Positions 23,958 through 35,740 of a stretch of 64,000 nucleotides of DNA are shown one piece after another. The stretch spans positions 45,820,001 through 45,884,000 of the forward strand of contig NC_058368.1 of NCBI RefSeq assembly GCF_018350175.1, read 5' to 3'. A model generated the notes under the pieces. The model was not told the origin of the DNA and did no database searches. It was given only the letters and a program-made list of their open reading frames with translations. The position numbers and the translations under genes were made by a program. The stretch comes from Felis catus (Eukaryota). Within the stretch, counting starts at the first letter, position 1. The number at the start of each line of letters is the position of its first letter.

Positions 23958-24589
23958 TACGTTAGTTTTCTCTGTCACAAATCACCACGAATGTTAACCA
24001 TTTTGCATTTTTTATGTGTATCCGATCACCAGGCTATATACCTTAAACTTACACAGAATTATATGCCAGTTGTATCTCAATAAAGCTGGAAATTACAAAT
24101 CACCACAAACTATGCGGCTTAAAACATTACCAATTTAAGTATATTATCTTACCATTCGGGAGGTCAGAAGCTCATCTCAGATAAAACCAACATAAACTCA
24201 AAACATGGACAGAAATGGTTTTCTCTCTGAAGACTCTAGGAGAGATTCCATATTCTCACCTTTTCCAACTTTCAGCAGACAACTGCATCCCTTGCATAGA
24301 CGACCCCATCCTCCATCTTCGAAGCCAGTATTGCAGCTCCCTGACTATGCTTCTGTGGTCAAGACTCCCACTGGTTCTCTTCTGCTTCCCTCCTCTGCTT
24401 TTAAGAAGGCTTGTGATTACATTGGGCCCACGTGAATAACCCAGGTTACTCTATTTTACGGTCAATTGATTAACAAAATGCACCTTTGCCATGTATCTCA
24501 CCAAGTTTTAGTTTGCAACATCCAGGTCCAAAGGTTGTCGGCAATTGGACGTGGACATTTTGTGGGCCCCATTATTCTATCTACTACAA
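23958..24589 (-). mobile_element. MLT1B/C/D-type MaLR solo LTR
   Basis: 'acaaatcaccacaaact..ggcttaaaaca', 'tgtgattacattgggcccac..ataacccagg', ends 'cattattctatctactaca'. Confidence 0.85.
23989..24094 (+). mobile_element. Very short 5'-truncated L1 3' end inserted in the MLT1
   Basis: 'tataccttaaacttacaca..ttatatgccagttgtatctcaataaagctggaaa'; perfect TSD acaaatcaccac at 23977-23988 and 24095-24106. Confidence 0.85.
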
Positions 24590-24722
24590 TCCAAAATGCT
24601 AAAATCATTTGTTTGATATGCAATTTGATCTTTAAGTTTGTGCTTGGGAAAAGCAAGAGGAAGCCACATACCAAGGACAGGGGAGGGGGTGAGAACTCTC
24701 CCAATGCCTGGGTCCGGCTCAC

Positions 24723-24739
24723 AGGTCAATCAGAGGTCA
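24723..24739 (+). promoter_or_regulatory. Perfect DR5 nuclear-receptor motif (RAR/RXR-type), function untested
   Basis: AGGTCA-atcag-AGGTCA. Confidence 0.4.
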
Positions 24740-25589
24740 CATCTTTTGGATGCCATCCCCCCAACAGGTGTATATCATTAATGACTAACATTCCTGTTTT
24801 GCTTCCTAATATCTGTACTCAAAAAAAAAATATCCGTTTGTTGTTAGATAAATTTGGAAGCACAACACAAGTATAATATTAAAATGTAATCCTTCAATTT
24901 TAAGTGTCTTATAATCCATATCTACTGATGAGAGAAGACAATAATTTTTATTAAGTAGAGAAATACCCTGGTTTACCACAAAGCATAGAGAACAGAGAGA
25001 GAAAATTTAAACACCAGAGAAGGAACTCCAAAACAGATGCTTCTTAAATGCCTCAACTAAAGGGTAAAATTCAGTTTCAGAAGTTATTTTGATGTGTGAT
25101 TAATGCATGTTAAATGCAGTTGTCTGTGGTTAACAGAAACTTGACTAGCTTGTTACATTATATACTTGGAAAAATCTTCATGTAAAACAAGTGAGGTGAG
25201 TCAATTTAATTAGGCAAATTGAATCTAATTTAACAATCTGAAAAAGTTCTAAATTTATTACAAAGAAATTGAAAATGCTCCTTAAAAAAGGATTAGGTGA
25301 AAAAATAAAACATGCATTGATTAAGATTAAAAGCACAAGTTTTTTTCTCTCAGTTTTGATGTAGTCTGATGGATTCTGTCCTTGGGATTCTCATTAGATT
25401 AAAATCCTGGCTTTAAATAAAAAATAAATAATCCTGGCTTTAGGTTTTGAGATCTAGCTTGAGAGATTAGATATTTCATTTTACTTTCTACAGTGAAAGA
25501 AATAACATTCTGAAAAAGTAGTAAAAAAATAGTTAAATGTATATGAAATTCATCGCTGAGTTGACTCTCCCCCCAAAAAAACAAAAACA

Positions 25590-27000
25590 AAAAAACAGGA
25601 AAGTCAATTCTCAGGCCCCAAGTGAAATATCCAGAACCCCAAAGTCATATAAGAAACAAATCAATTTTCATCTTGAAGATTCGCCCTGAGGGTATCTGCT
25701 AAATGCTAAAGATCTTGGGATTCTGATTTGAAGGCTATTTTAAAGCTTGCAGGGAATAGGAAATAAATCCCTAGGCACACTTAACATGGAAGCTCTAATA
25801 GGAGAAATCTGTGTAAAACTAAGACCTCAAAGGGCTATATCCTTTGAATAACAATTAATGAGAGAGAAAATTTATTTTGCCAAAAATAACAGCAAGAAAA
25901 CATGCCATTTTCAATCCTGGAACAAGGTGGAAAGAGGGATAAATCTCTAGAAAATCTGTAACCTATAATCTGTAATCTGGTTTTGGTTTCCATATAGATT
26001 TGTTTTAGGAAATTATCGTAGTTATAGGGTCTAAAACCTTGAGAGAGAATTTAGAAAAAAAAAGTTAATGGTATAAGCAAACACAGATACATCCCTTTTG
26101 AAAAACTTAACTTCAGCTCAAGTTTCCAAAAATAAGGTTTGAGGGGAAATGAGTAGTTCACAGTCAAAAAACACAAAACATGAAAGAAAACAAGGCTGAG
26201 TTAAAACCAACAAAAACAGACAAAATTTCCAAAAACAATTTTGAAAGGATTAAGCAGAAAATAAATTTTACATATGTAACATGTATATATTTGTTGAAAT
26301 AAATACAAGGCTTGAACATAAAAGCAGAATATTAGCATAAACACTATTCAATATTACCCAAAAAATGAAAATATTTAAAACTGAAATTTAAAACTCAAGG
26401 TCTGCATTAGCAGATGAATTGTACCTAAGGGAGAATGTTAGAAACCTGGAGGAACAACTAAAGTGAGTAACATGGAAGACGGGAAGAGAGAATGAGACAC
26501 AAGTTCTACACAATAGTTTGCTATAACCAGCTCTGATCAGCTTGCAATACCTCTTTCCAAGTCTGTTTACGAATATCACCTTTGATAGCTTGAAATTTAC
26601 CATGGGGAATATGCACACCATGGAAGTTTGACAATCCCATAATCAGGGCTTTTTTTTTTTTTTAATTTTGAAAAGCCAATGTTAAACATTTACCATCACG
26701 TCTCTAGGTCCATATAAAACCCCAAAGTACCTAACAGAATAGAGAAAATAGCAGCATCTAGAGATAATGGGGTGATAATTTTTCAAAATTCTTAAAAAAT
26801 ATCAATTGAGTAAGCCTAAGACCTTAGGAGTATTAATTATAAACTTAGAATTTTATACTCAGTAGAAATATTACTTAAGAATGAGGGTTAAAGATATTAT
26901 CATCCAGGAAAAAAAATAGCAAGAGAATAAGGAAAGCCCAAAGATGACATTTAAACAGAAAGTAAACAACCCCACATTGAAATTTTATATAAACAAAAAA
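25590..27000 (+). mobile_element. Ancient L1 (L1M-type) 5'UTR/ORF1 fragment
   Basis: A-rich strand with degenerate ORF1 motifs ('acttagaattttatactcagtagaaatattacttaagaatgagggt'). Confidence 0.55.
26512..26702 (+). mobile_element. MER63A-like hAT-Blackjack fossil
   Basis: 'gatagcttgaaatttaccatgggg..cacaccatggaa..aatcagggctttttt..agccaatgttaaacatttacca'. Confidence 0.75.
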
Positions 27001-27282
27001 TGGTCTTTAATACAGGTGATAAATTGATACTTTTGGCAAAGCTATTTAACTACTCCTTCACTTGTTTAATAATTATAAAATGTTTTTTTAAAAAAAAAAG
27101 TTCACCTATACCCAAAGGTGAGACTGGCAAATATCTCCAATGACCTCTAGACAATGCAGGTGATTTTTTTCTTCTTTTCTATTTCAGCTATCCAGCTATC
27201 TTGTAAAGGGTCTCCAATTCAACTGCCCACCTAACTCAGGAGTGGGCTAAAACCAGCAAAGATAGTCCATCATCTTCTCTTT

Positions 27283-27502
27283 TTTAAATTTTTTTTTCAA
27301 CGTTTTTATTTATTTCTGGGACAGAGAGAGACAGAGCATGAACGGGGGAGGGGCAGAGAGAGAGGGAGACACAGAATTGGAAACAGGCTCCAGGCTCTGA
27401 GCCATCAGCCAAGAGCCTGACGCGGGGCTCGAACTCACGGACCGCGAGATCGTGACCTGGCTGAAGTCCGACGCTTAACCGACTGCGCCACCCAGGCGCC
27501 CC
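27283..27502 (-). mobile_element. Young Felis-type SINEC
   Basis: CpG-rich body; perfect TSD catcatcttctcttt. Confidence 0.97.
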
Positions 27503-27764
27503 CATCATCTTCTCTTTAAGACATTTTTTTAAAATCTAAATTGATATCTCAATCAAATAAAAAATTTTGTTAGGTTGGCACTGGATTGCAGTTTTGGTAG
27601 CAGTCAGTTTATCCTTGTTTCTAGGACATGACCATTCTTTGTTTCCTCAGCCCGGAAAACAGTAGGACACTCAGTTCCATCCTTTAGAAGTTTTTAGTTT
27701 AGCTCTTTGTCATTCAGCCCTACACACCTTCAAACTTCAGCAAACATCTTTATATATAAAAAAG

Positions 27765-27766
<2 letters not shown>

Positions 27767-27803
<37 letters not shown>

Positions 27804-28117
27804 TATATATGTAATTATATATATTATATATTTTATATATATTATATATATTTAATATATATTTAATATATTTATACTAATATATATTTAACATATATTT
27901 ATATTTATATAAATATTTATATATTTATAAAATATATATTTAATATAATATATTTATATATTTATAAAAATATATATTTAATATAATATATTTATATATA
28001 AATATACATATAAATATAAATATTTATATATTTATAAAATATATACTTATTATATTTAATATATATTTAATATATTTATATATTATATATAATTACATAT
28101 ATTATATATTATATCTG
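27767..28117. repeat. ~350 bp almost pure AT low-complexity tract
   Basis: Directly visible; flanked by direct repeat atatataaaaaagcc. Confidence 0.95.
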
Positions 28118-28891
28118 ATATATAAAAAAGCCACACATTTTAGCCCATCTGGCCACCAATTTCATCACTGTAACCCAGACAGAATGCAAAATCCCTGCTG
28201 GTTTCCTTTTCCTCAAAAACAGCCCTCTGTTAGAGACCAAGCCCAGATTCTTAGTCTCCACCTACACCCACAATCAGGAAGTGCCCCCAGAGGAAATATG
28301 GCTACAGGTCCTCATAATCCATTCAATTCTGCCTCTAGAACTTCAATTTCTTCATTGTTGAAAGACTCCACCCACCCCAACCCCATCCCTTATCATAAAT
28401 CTCTGTTTTTTTTCAATACTAGGGAACTTTATAAGATTTTGCTCTATTTTTCACAGGCTTTCTACATAGCATTTTAACCTTCTGCATAGCCTCACTCTAC
28501 AGAAAATGTCTTGTGGGCAAAGGACCATACATTTGAGGACACTCACTTCTCTAGTTTCTCACTCCACACTATGTGATTGCTAACAATTTTGTTGGTTTCT
28601 CTTCCCGCTACAGAAATTCACCCTGGGCCAGCCAAGATTAATTCTTCTCTCAGGCCAGAAGAAGCAACTCTAACCTCATTTTAGAAAAGTCTCCCTTCTC
28701 TGGAATGTTAGTCCCTCTAGTCCCCATTGTCTTATATCTCTACAATGCTTTTAAAATTTGTGCAATTAATAATGATCTTGTTGATTATTTATGGTAGGAA
28801 TGTAGCACTTCCATATCTTACCATAATCAGAAAGCAGATGTACATTTAATTATTAACACTATTCTTTATAATGTACCTACACATTATATAT

Positions 28892-28892
<1 letters not shown>

Positions 28893-28928
<36 letters not shown>
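28893..28928. repeat. (CA)n microsatellite abutting a SINE tail
   Basis: Directly visible. Confidence 0.95.
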
Positions 28929-28930
<2 letters not shown>

Positions 28931-28940
28931 TTGATTTTAA

Positions 28941-29147
28941 TTTTTTTTTTTTTTTAATTTTTGGGACAGAGAGAGACAGAGCATGAACGGGGGAGGGGCA
29001 GAGAGAGAGGGAGACACAGAATCGGAAACAGGTTCCAGGCTCTGAGCCCTCAGCCCAGAGCCTGACGCGGGGCTCGAACTCACGGACCGCGAGATCGTGA
29101 CCTGGCTGAAGTCGGACGCCTAACCGACTGCGCCACCCAGGCGCCCC
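28941..29147 (-). mobile_element. Young Felis-type SINEC
   Basis: CpG-rich body; TSD acaatttgattttaa. Confidence 0.97.
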
Positions 29148-29371
29148 ATACAATTTGATTTTAAAATACAGCAAATGAGTGAACACATGAACATGTAAAA
29201 TATCTAAGTCCGTAAGAAACAACAAACAAACCAAAACACCAAATAACTAGTTGATAAAGCAAAGTTGAGGTTATTGCTTCCTAGAATAAAGGAAGATGCT
29301 ACCTTAGGGTTTGAATGCCTTTTTTGGAAGTGGCAAGTATGATAATGAATAATGGGAAACCTTATTTAAAA

Positions 29372-29907
29372 TGAAGAAATAAAGTCCTGAATGGGGAACA
29401 TCTCATGTACATACCACTCATTACAGCCTGCTTAATTAGAAGAGAGAAGGAAGATTGCTCCCTGCCCCCATGGTAAGGCACTAATCACCACTCATGGCCA
29501 GTGAGACACCTCCAAGGCCTCTAAATTTCTGTTCAAAACAATCCTCCTTGGGGTGCCTGGGTGGCTCAGTCAGTTAAGTGTTGGACTTTGATTTTAGTTC
29601 AGGTTATGATTTCACAGTTCATGAGTTCGAGCCCTGCATCAGGCTTTGCACTGACAGTGCAGAGCCTGCTTGGATTTTCTCTCTCTCCACCTCCCTCTGT
29701 CTCTCTCTCTCTCTCACACACACACAATAAATAAATAACCTTAAAAAAACAAAAACAAAAACAAAACAATCCTCCTCAGTGCTACCTCAAGATAGACCTT
29801 CCCCTTGTCTCTGTGGGCACTGTTTGCCCACGGCAAATTGCAATTCGTCTATTATAAACTCAGTTATTAAAAAAAAAAAACTTGCTATTTTGTTTTTTTG
29901 GTTGATG
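29372..29907 (+). mobile_element. Probable ERV solo LTR carrying a SINE, itself within LTR-like sequence (~29240-30300)
   Basis: Starts TGAAG, LTR-like 'gaccttccccttgtctc..aaattgcaattc' and T-rich U5 end; family unidentified. Confidence 0.45.
29550..29762 (+). mobile_element. Can-SINE
   Basis: Head ggggtgcctgggtggctcag; perfect TSD aaaacaatcctcct at 29535-29548 and 29763-29776. Confidence 0.95.
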
Positions 29908-31147
29908 GAAAATAAGGGCAAGATGTTTGGGGGTCTGGTACAAGGTAGGTCTTTTATGCAGGGGCTTGATCAAGATTGAGAAATATTTTTTTAGATAATG
30001 GTGGAATTGGTGCCTAGGCCAAGGTAAGGGTGTTCTGAGAAAGTGTTTTAGAGAACTCTTGAAAGGTCACAGTCTTTTTGAACTCCTTTGAATAATCTAT
30101 TGTTATGGGAAGGGTCCTTGAAGAGGACTAGTGCTATTATCGGATAAATAGATTTTTAGGAAGTTCCTGAAACAAACAATAAAGTTATCTGTAACTTTAT
30201 ATCTTTATTCATGTTTCCTGTCAGGGTCATATCAATATCATACCAATAATTGTATTAACAGAGACAGTTGAATATTAAAGTCATGTAAATGAAGACAATC
30301 TCCAGGTCCTCAATGTTATTAAATGTGGCTGGTTTCTTTTCCCAAGGAAACGAAGACAGTGGTGACATTCCAAAGAACCATTTTTATATGATGATTATAA
30401 GAATATGATTTCAGAATTTAGGAACATGTCAATAAGAAAGACACCATTTTTTTCAAGAATTTTTACGATACAGTGGAAAGAAAGAGACAATAACAAAAAA
30501 AGATTAAAAATGTCAAAAGAGGTTTTCGTTGTTTGGTTTGGTTTGACATCTTCTCTCTCAAAATTGCATTGGTGCTTGTTTATTAAGGATAAGCTACATA
30601 TAATTTTTTACTCACTGAGGGTACTTTCCCTCAGGGAGGGCAAGTAAAGAGTGCCTTAGCGTGACCAATGATCCCTCACCCCACTTTCATATAAAACAGA
30701 CTTAGCATCTTGGAATCATTTATAAGATCTTCCTTAAAATAATAGCAACAAGGAGTAAAAATTGAATTTCTAAAATGGATTCTTTACGGGACAGTGGAAA
30801 ACTCACTGGGAGCATAGGTTGCTCACTCTGGGTTTATTGAGTCTTCCCGTGGTCCTGGATGAGTGTGGAACTGAAGACAAAAGACCCTTTGTTTTTCCCT
30901 ATTTTTTTTCTTTTTTTAATTAATTAATTATTTTAATTTACATCCGAGTTAGCTAGAATGTGGTGCAATAATGATTTCAGGAGTAGAACCAGTGATTCAT
31001 CCCCTACATATAACACCCAGTGCTCATCCCAACAACTGTCTTCTTTAATTCCCCTTGCCCATTTAGCCCATCCCCCCACCCTTCCAGCAACCTTAATTTG
31101 TTCTCTATATTTAGAATCTCTTACATTTTGTCCCTGCCCTGTTTTTT

Positions 31148-31368
31148 TTTTAAATTTTTTAAGTTTATTTATTTATTTTTGAGAAAGAGAGAGAGAGAGA
31201 GAGCACGAGATGGGGAGGGGCAGAGAGAGAGGGAGCATAGAATCTGAACCAGGCTCCAGGCTCTGAGCTATAAGCACAAAGCCTGATGTGGGGCCTGAAC
31301 CCACAAACTGTAAGTTCATGACCTAAGCCAAAGACAGATGTTCAAGTGACTGAGCCAACCAGGCCACC
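31148..31368 (-). mobile_element. Can-SINE in L1 3'UTR
   Basis: SINEC body; degenerate TSD ttgtccc..ccctgttttt. Confidence 0.93.
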
Positions 31369-31570
31369 TTGTCCCCATCCCTGTTTTTATAATAGTTTTC
31401 CCCTGCCCTTATGTTCATCTGTTTTGTCTCTCAAAGTCCTCATATGAGTAAAGTCATCTGATTTTTGTCTTTCTCTGACTAATGTCCCTTAGCATAATAC
31501 ACTCTACTTCCATCCACATTGTTGCAAATAGCAAGATTTCATTCTTTTTGATTACTGAGCAATACTCCAT

Positions 31571-31640
31571 TGTGTGCGTATGTGTGTGTGTGCGTGCGTG
31601 CGCGCGCGCATGCGCGTGTGTGTGTGTGTGTGTGTGTATA
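31571..31640. repeat. Compound (TG)/(CG) alternating purine-pyrimidine microsatellite
   Basis: tgtgtgcgtatgtg..gcgtgcgtgcgcgcgcgcatgcgcgtgtg.. Confidence 0.95.
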
Positions 31641-33450
31641 CCACATCTGCTTTATCCATTCCTCTGTCAATGAACATTTGGGCTCTTTCCATACTTTGGC
31701 TACTGTCGATAGTGCTGCTATAAACATTGGGGTGCATTTGCTCCTTCTAAACAGCACACTTGTAGCCTTTGGATAAATACCTAGTAGCGTAATTGCTGGG
31801 TCGAAGGGTAGTTCTATTTTTAATTTTTTGAGGAACCTCCATACTGTTTTCCAGAGTGGCTGCACCAGTTTGCATTCCCACCAGCAATGCAAAAGTGTTC
31901 CTCTTTCTCCACATCCTTGCCAACATCTGTTGTTTCCTGAGTTGTTAATGTTACCCATTCTGACAGGTGTGAGGTGGTATCTCATTGTTGTTTTGATCTG
32001 TATTTCCCTGATGATGAGTGATATGGAGCATTTTTTCATGTGCTGGTTGGCCATCTGGATATCTTCTTTGGAAAAGTGTCTATTCGTGTCTTTGGCCCAT
32101 TACTTCACTGGATTATTTGTTTTTTGGGTGTTGAGTCTGATAAGTTCTTTATAGATTTGGGATACTAACCCTTTATCTGATATGTTGTTTACAAATATCT
32201 TCTCCCCTTTGTTGGCTGCCTTTTGGTTTTGCTGATTGTTTCCTTCTCCGTGGAGAAGCTTTTTAGCTTGATAAGGTCCCAATAGCCCATTTTTGCTTGT
32301 GTTCCCTTGCCTCCAGAAACATGTTGAGTAAGAAGTTGCTGCGACTGAGGTCAAAGAAGTTTTTGCCTATTTTCTCCTCAAGGATTTTGATGGCTTCCTG
32401 TGTTACATTTAGGTCTTTCATCCATTTTATTTTTGTATATGGTGTAAGAAAGTGGTCCGGTTTCAATCCTCTCTATGTCAATGTCCAGTTTTTCCAACAC
32501 CATTTGCTGAAGAGACTGTGTTTATTCCATTGTATATTCTTCCTTGCTTTGTCAAATATTAATTGCCATATGTTTGTGGGTCCATTTCTGGATTCTCTAT
32601 TCTGTTCCATTCACCTAAATGTCTGTTTTTGTGCCAATACCATATAGTCTTGATGATTACAGCTTTGTAATACCTCCTGAAGTCCGAATTGTGACACCTC
32701 CTAATTTGGTTTTCTTTTTCAAGATTGCTTTGGCCATTTGGGGTCTTTTCTGGTTCCATACAAATTTTAGGATTGTTGTTCTAGCTCTGTGAAGAATTTT
32801 GGTGTTATTTTCACAGGGATTGCATTGAATGTGTACGTTGCTTTAGGTAGTATCAACATTTTAAGAATATTTGTTCTTCCAATCCATGAGCATGGAATAT
32901 TTTTCCAATTTTTTGTATCTTCAATTTCTTTCATAAGCTTTCTATAGTTTTAAGTGTATAGATTTTTCACCTCTTTGGATAGGTTTATTCTTAGGTATTT
33001 TATGGTTTTGGTGCAATGGTAAATGTGATTGATTCCTTGATTTCTCTTTCTGCTGCTTCAGTGTTGGTGTTTGGAAATGCAAAGGATTTCTGTGCGTTGG
33101 TTGTATATTCGGCGACTTTGCTGAATTCATGGATTAGTTCTAGCAGTTTTTTTGGTGGAATCTTTTGGGTTTTCCATACAGAGTATCATGTCATCTGCGA
33201 AGAGTGAAAGTTTGACTTTCTTCTCTTTGCTGATTTGGATGCATTTTATTTCTTTGTGTTGTTTGATTGTTGATGCTAAGACTTCCAATACTATGTTGAA
33301 TAACAGTGGCAAGAGTGGACATCCCTGTCCTGATCCTGACCTTAGGGGGAAAGCTCTCACTTTTTCCACACTGAGGATGATATTAGTTGTGGGTCTTTCA
33401 TGTATGGCTTTTATGGTCTTGATATATGATCCTTCTATCCCTACTTTCTT

Positions 33451-33662
33451 TACATTTTTAAAAAGGTTTTTATTTAGTTTTGAGACAGAGACAGAGCATA
33501 AGCAGGGGACGGGCTGAGAAAGAGGGAGACACAGAATCCAAAGCAGGCTCCAAGCTGTGAGCTGTCAGCACAGAGCCCAACGTAGGGCTCAAACTCACAT
33601 AGTGTGAGATCATGACCTGAGCTGAAGTCAGACACTTAACCAACTGAGCTACCCAGGCGCCC
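33451..33662 (-). mobile_element. Can-SINE in L1 RT domain
   Basis: Perfect TSD tctatccctactttctt at 33434-33450 and 33666-33682. Confidence 0.95.
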
Positions 33663-35515
33663 TAATCTATCCCTACTTTCTTGAGGGTTTTTATCAACAA
33701 ACGATACTGTATTTTCTCAAATGCTTTCTCTGCATCTTCTGAGAGGATTGTATGGTTCTTGTCCTTTCTTTTATTGATGTGATGAATCACATTGATTGTT
33801 TTGTGGATATTGAACCAGCCCTGCATCCCAGGCATAAATCCCACTTGATCATGGTGATTAATTCTTTTAATGTGTTGTTAAATCTGGTTGGCTAGTATCT
33901 TGTTGAGAATTTTGGCATCCATGTTCATCAGGGAAATTGGTCTGTAGTTCTCCTTTTTAATAAGGTCATTAGTTTTGGAATAAAGGTAATGCTGGTCTCA
34001 TAAAATGAGTTTTGAAGTTTTACTTCCATTTCTATTTTTTGGAACAGCCTGAAAAGAATAGGTGTTAAATCTTCTTTAAATGTTTAGTAGAATTCCCCTG
34101 TAGAGCCATCTAGCCCTGGACTCTTGTTTTTTGGGAGATTTTTGATTACTAATTCAATTTCTTTTCTGGTTATGGGTCTGTTCTAATTTTCTATTTCTTC
34201 CTGTTTCCGTTTTGGTAGTGTATATGTTTCTAGGAATTTGTCCATTTTTTTCAGATTGTACAATTTATTGGCATATAGTTGCTCATAATATTCTCTTAGA
34301 ATTATTTGTATTTCTGCTGTTTTGGTTGTGATTGCTCCTCTTTCATTCTTGATTTTATTTATTTGGCTCCTCTCTTTTTTTTTTTTTTTTTTGATCACAC
34401 TAGCTAGGGTTTATCAATTTTGTCAATTCTTTCAAAGAACTAGCACCTGGTTTCATTGATCTGTTCTACTGCTTTTGTTTTTTGTTTGTTTGTTTTTTGT
34501 TTTTATTAGGATTTGATAGCATTTATTTTTGCTCTAATCTTTGCTATTTCCCATCTTTCGCTGGTTTGAGGTTTTATCTGCATTCTTTTTCCAGCTCTTT
34601 AAGGTGTAAGGTTAGAGTGTGTATCTGAGACCTTTCTTCCTTCTTTAGGAAGGCCTGGATTGCTATCTTAATTCTGTCTTATGACCGTCTTTGCTGTGTC
34701 CCGTAGGTATTGGACTGTGATGTTATCATTTTCATTGGCTTCCATGTACTTTTCAATTTATTCTTTAACTTCTTTGTCAGCCCATTCATTCTTTAGTAGG
34801 ATGTTCTTTAATCTCCAAGTATTTGTTGTCTTTCCAATTTTTTCCTGTGGTTGATTTTGATTTTCATAGCATTGTGGTCTGAAAATATGCACGGTATGAT
34901 CTCAATCTTTTAGTACTTGTTGAGGGCTGATTTGTGTCCCAGTGTGTGATCTATTCTGGAGAATGTTCCATTTGCACTGGAGAAGAATGTATAGTCTGCT
35001 GTTTTAGGAGGAAATATTCTGAATATATCTGTTAAGTCGATCTGGTCTAGTGTGTCATTCAAAGCCATTGTTTCCTTGTTGATTATCTGCTTAGATGTTC
35101 TGTCCATTGCTGTAAGTGGGGTAAAGTACCTTACTATTATGGAATTATTGTCAATGAGCTTTGTTATGTCTGTGATTGTTTATATATTTGGGACACCACG
35201 TCGGGGGCATAAATGTTTATAATTGTTAGATCTTCTTGGTGGATAGACCGTTAAATTATGATATAATGTCATTCTTAATCTCTTGTTACAGTCTTCATTT
35301 TAAAATACAGATTTCTGATATGAGTATGGCTACTCCAGCTTTCTTTTGGTGACCATTAGCATGATACATGGTTCTCCATCCCCTTTACTTTCAATCTTCA
35401 GGTGTCTTTAGGTCTAAAGTGGGTCTCTTGTAAACAGCATATAGATGGATCTTGTTTTCTCATACATTCCATTACTGTGTGTTTTTGATTGGAACATTTA
35501 GTCTATTGACATTTA

Positions 35516-35740
35516 CTGATCTTTTTCTTTTAATCTTTATTTATTTTTGAGCAAGTGAGAGAGAGACAGAGTGAGAGTAGGGGAGAAACAGAGAGAGAGA
35601 GGGAGACACAGAGTCCGAAGCAGGCTCCACGCTCTGAGCTGTCAGCACAGAATCTGCCCCGGGGCTCAAACCCACGAATTGTGAGATCATGACCTGAGCT
35701 GAAGTCGGACGCTCAACCCACTGAGCCATCCAGGCATCCC
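35516..35740 (-). mobile_element. Can-SINE in L1 EN domain
   Basis: TSD tagtc(t/c)attgacattta. Confidence 0.95.
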
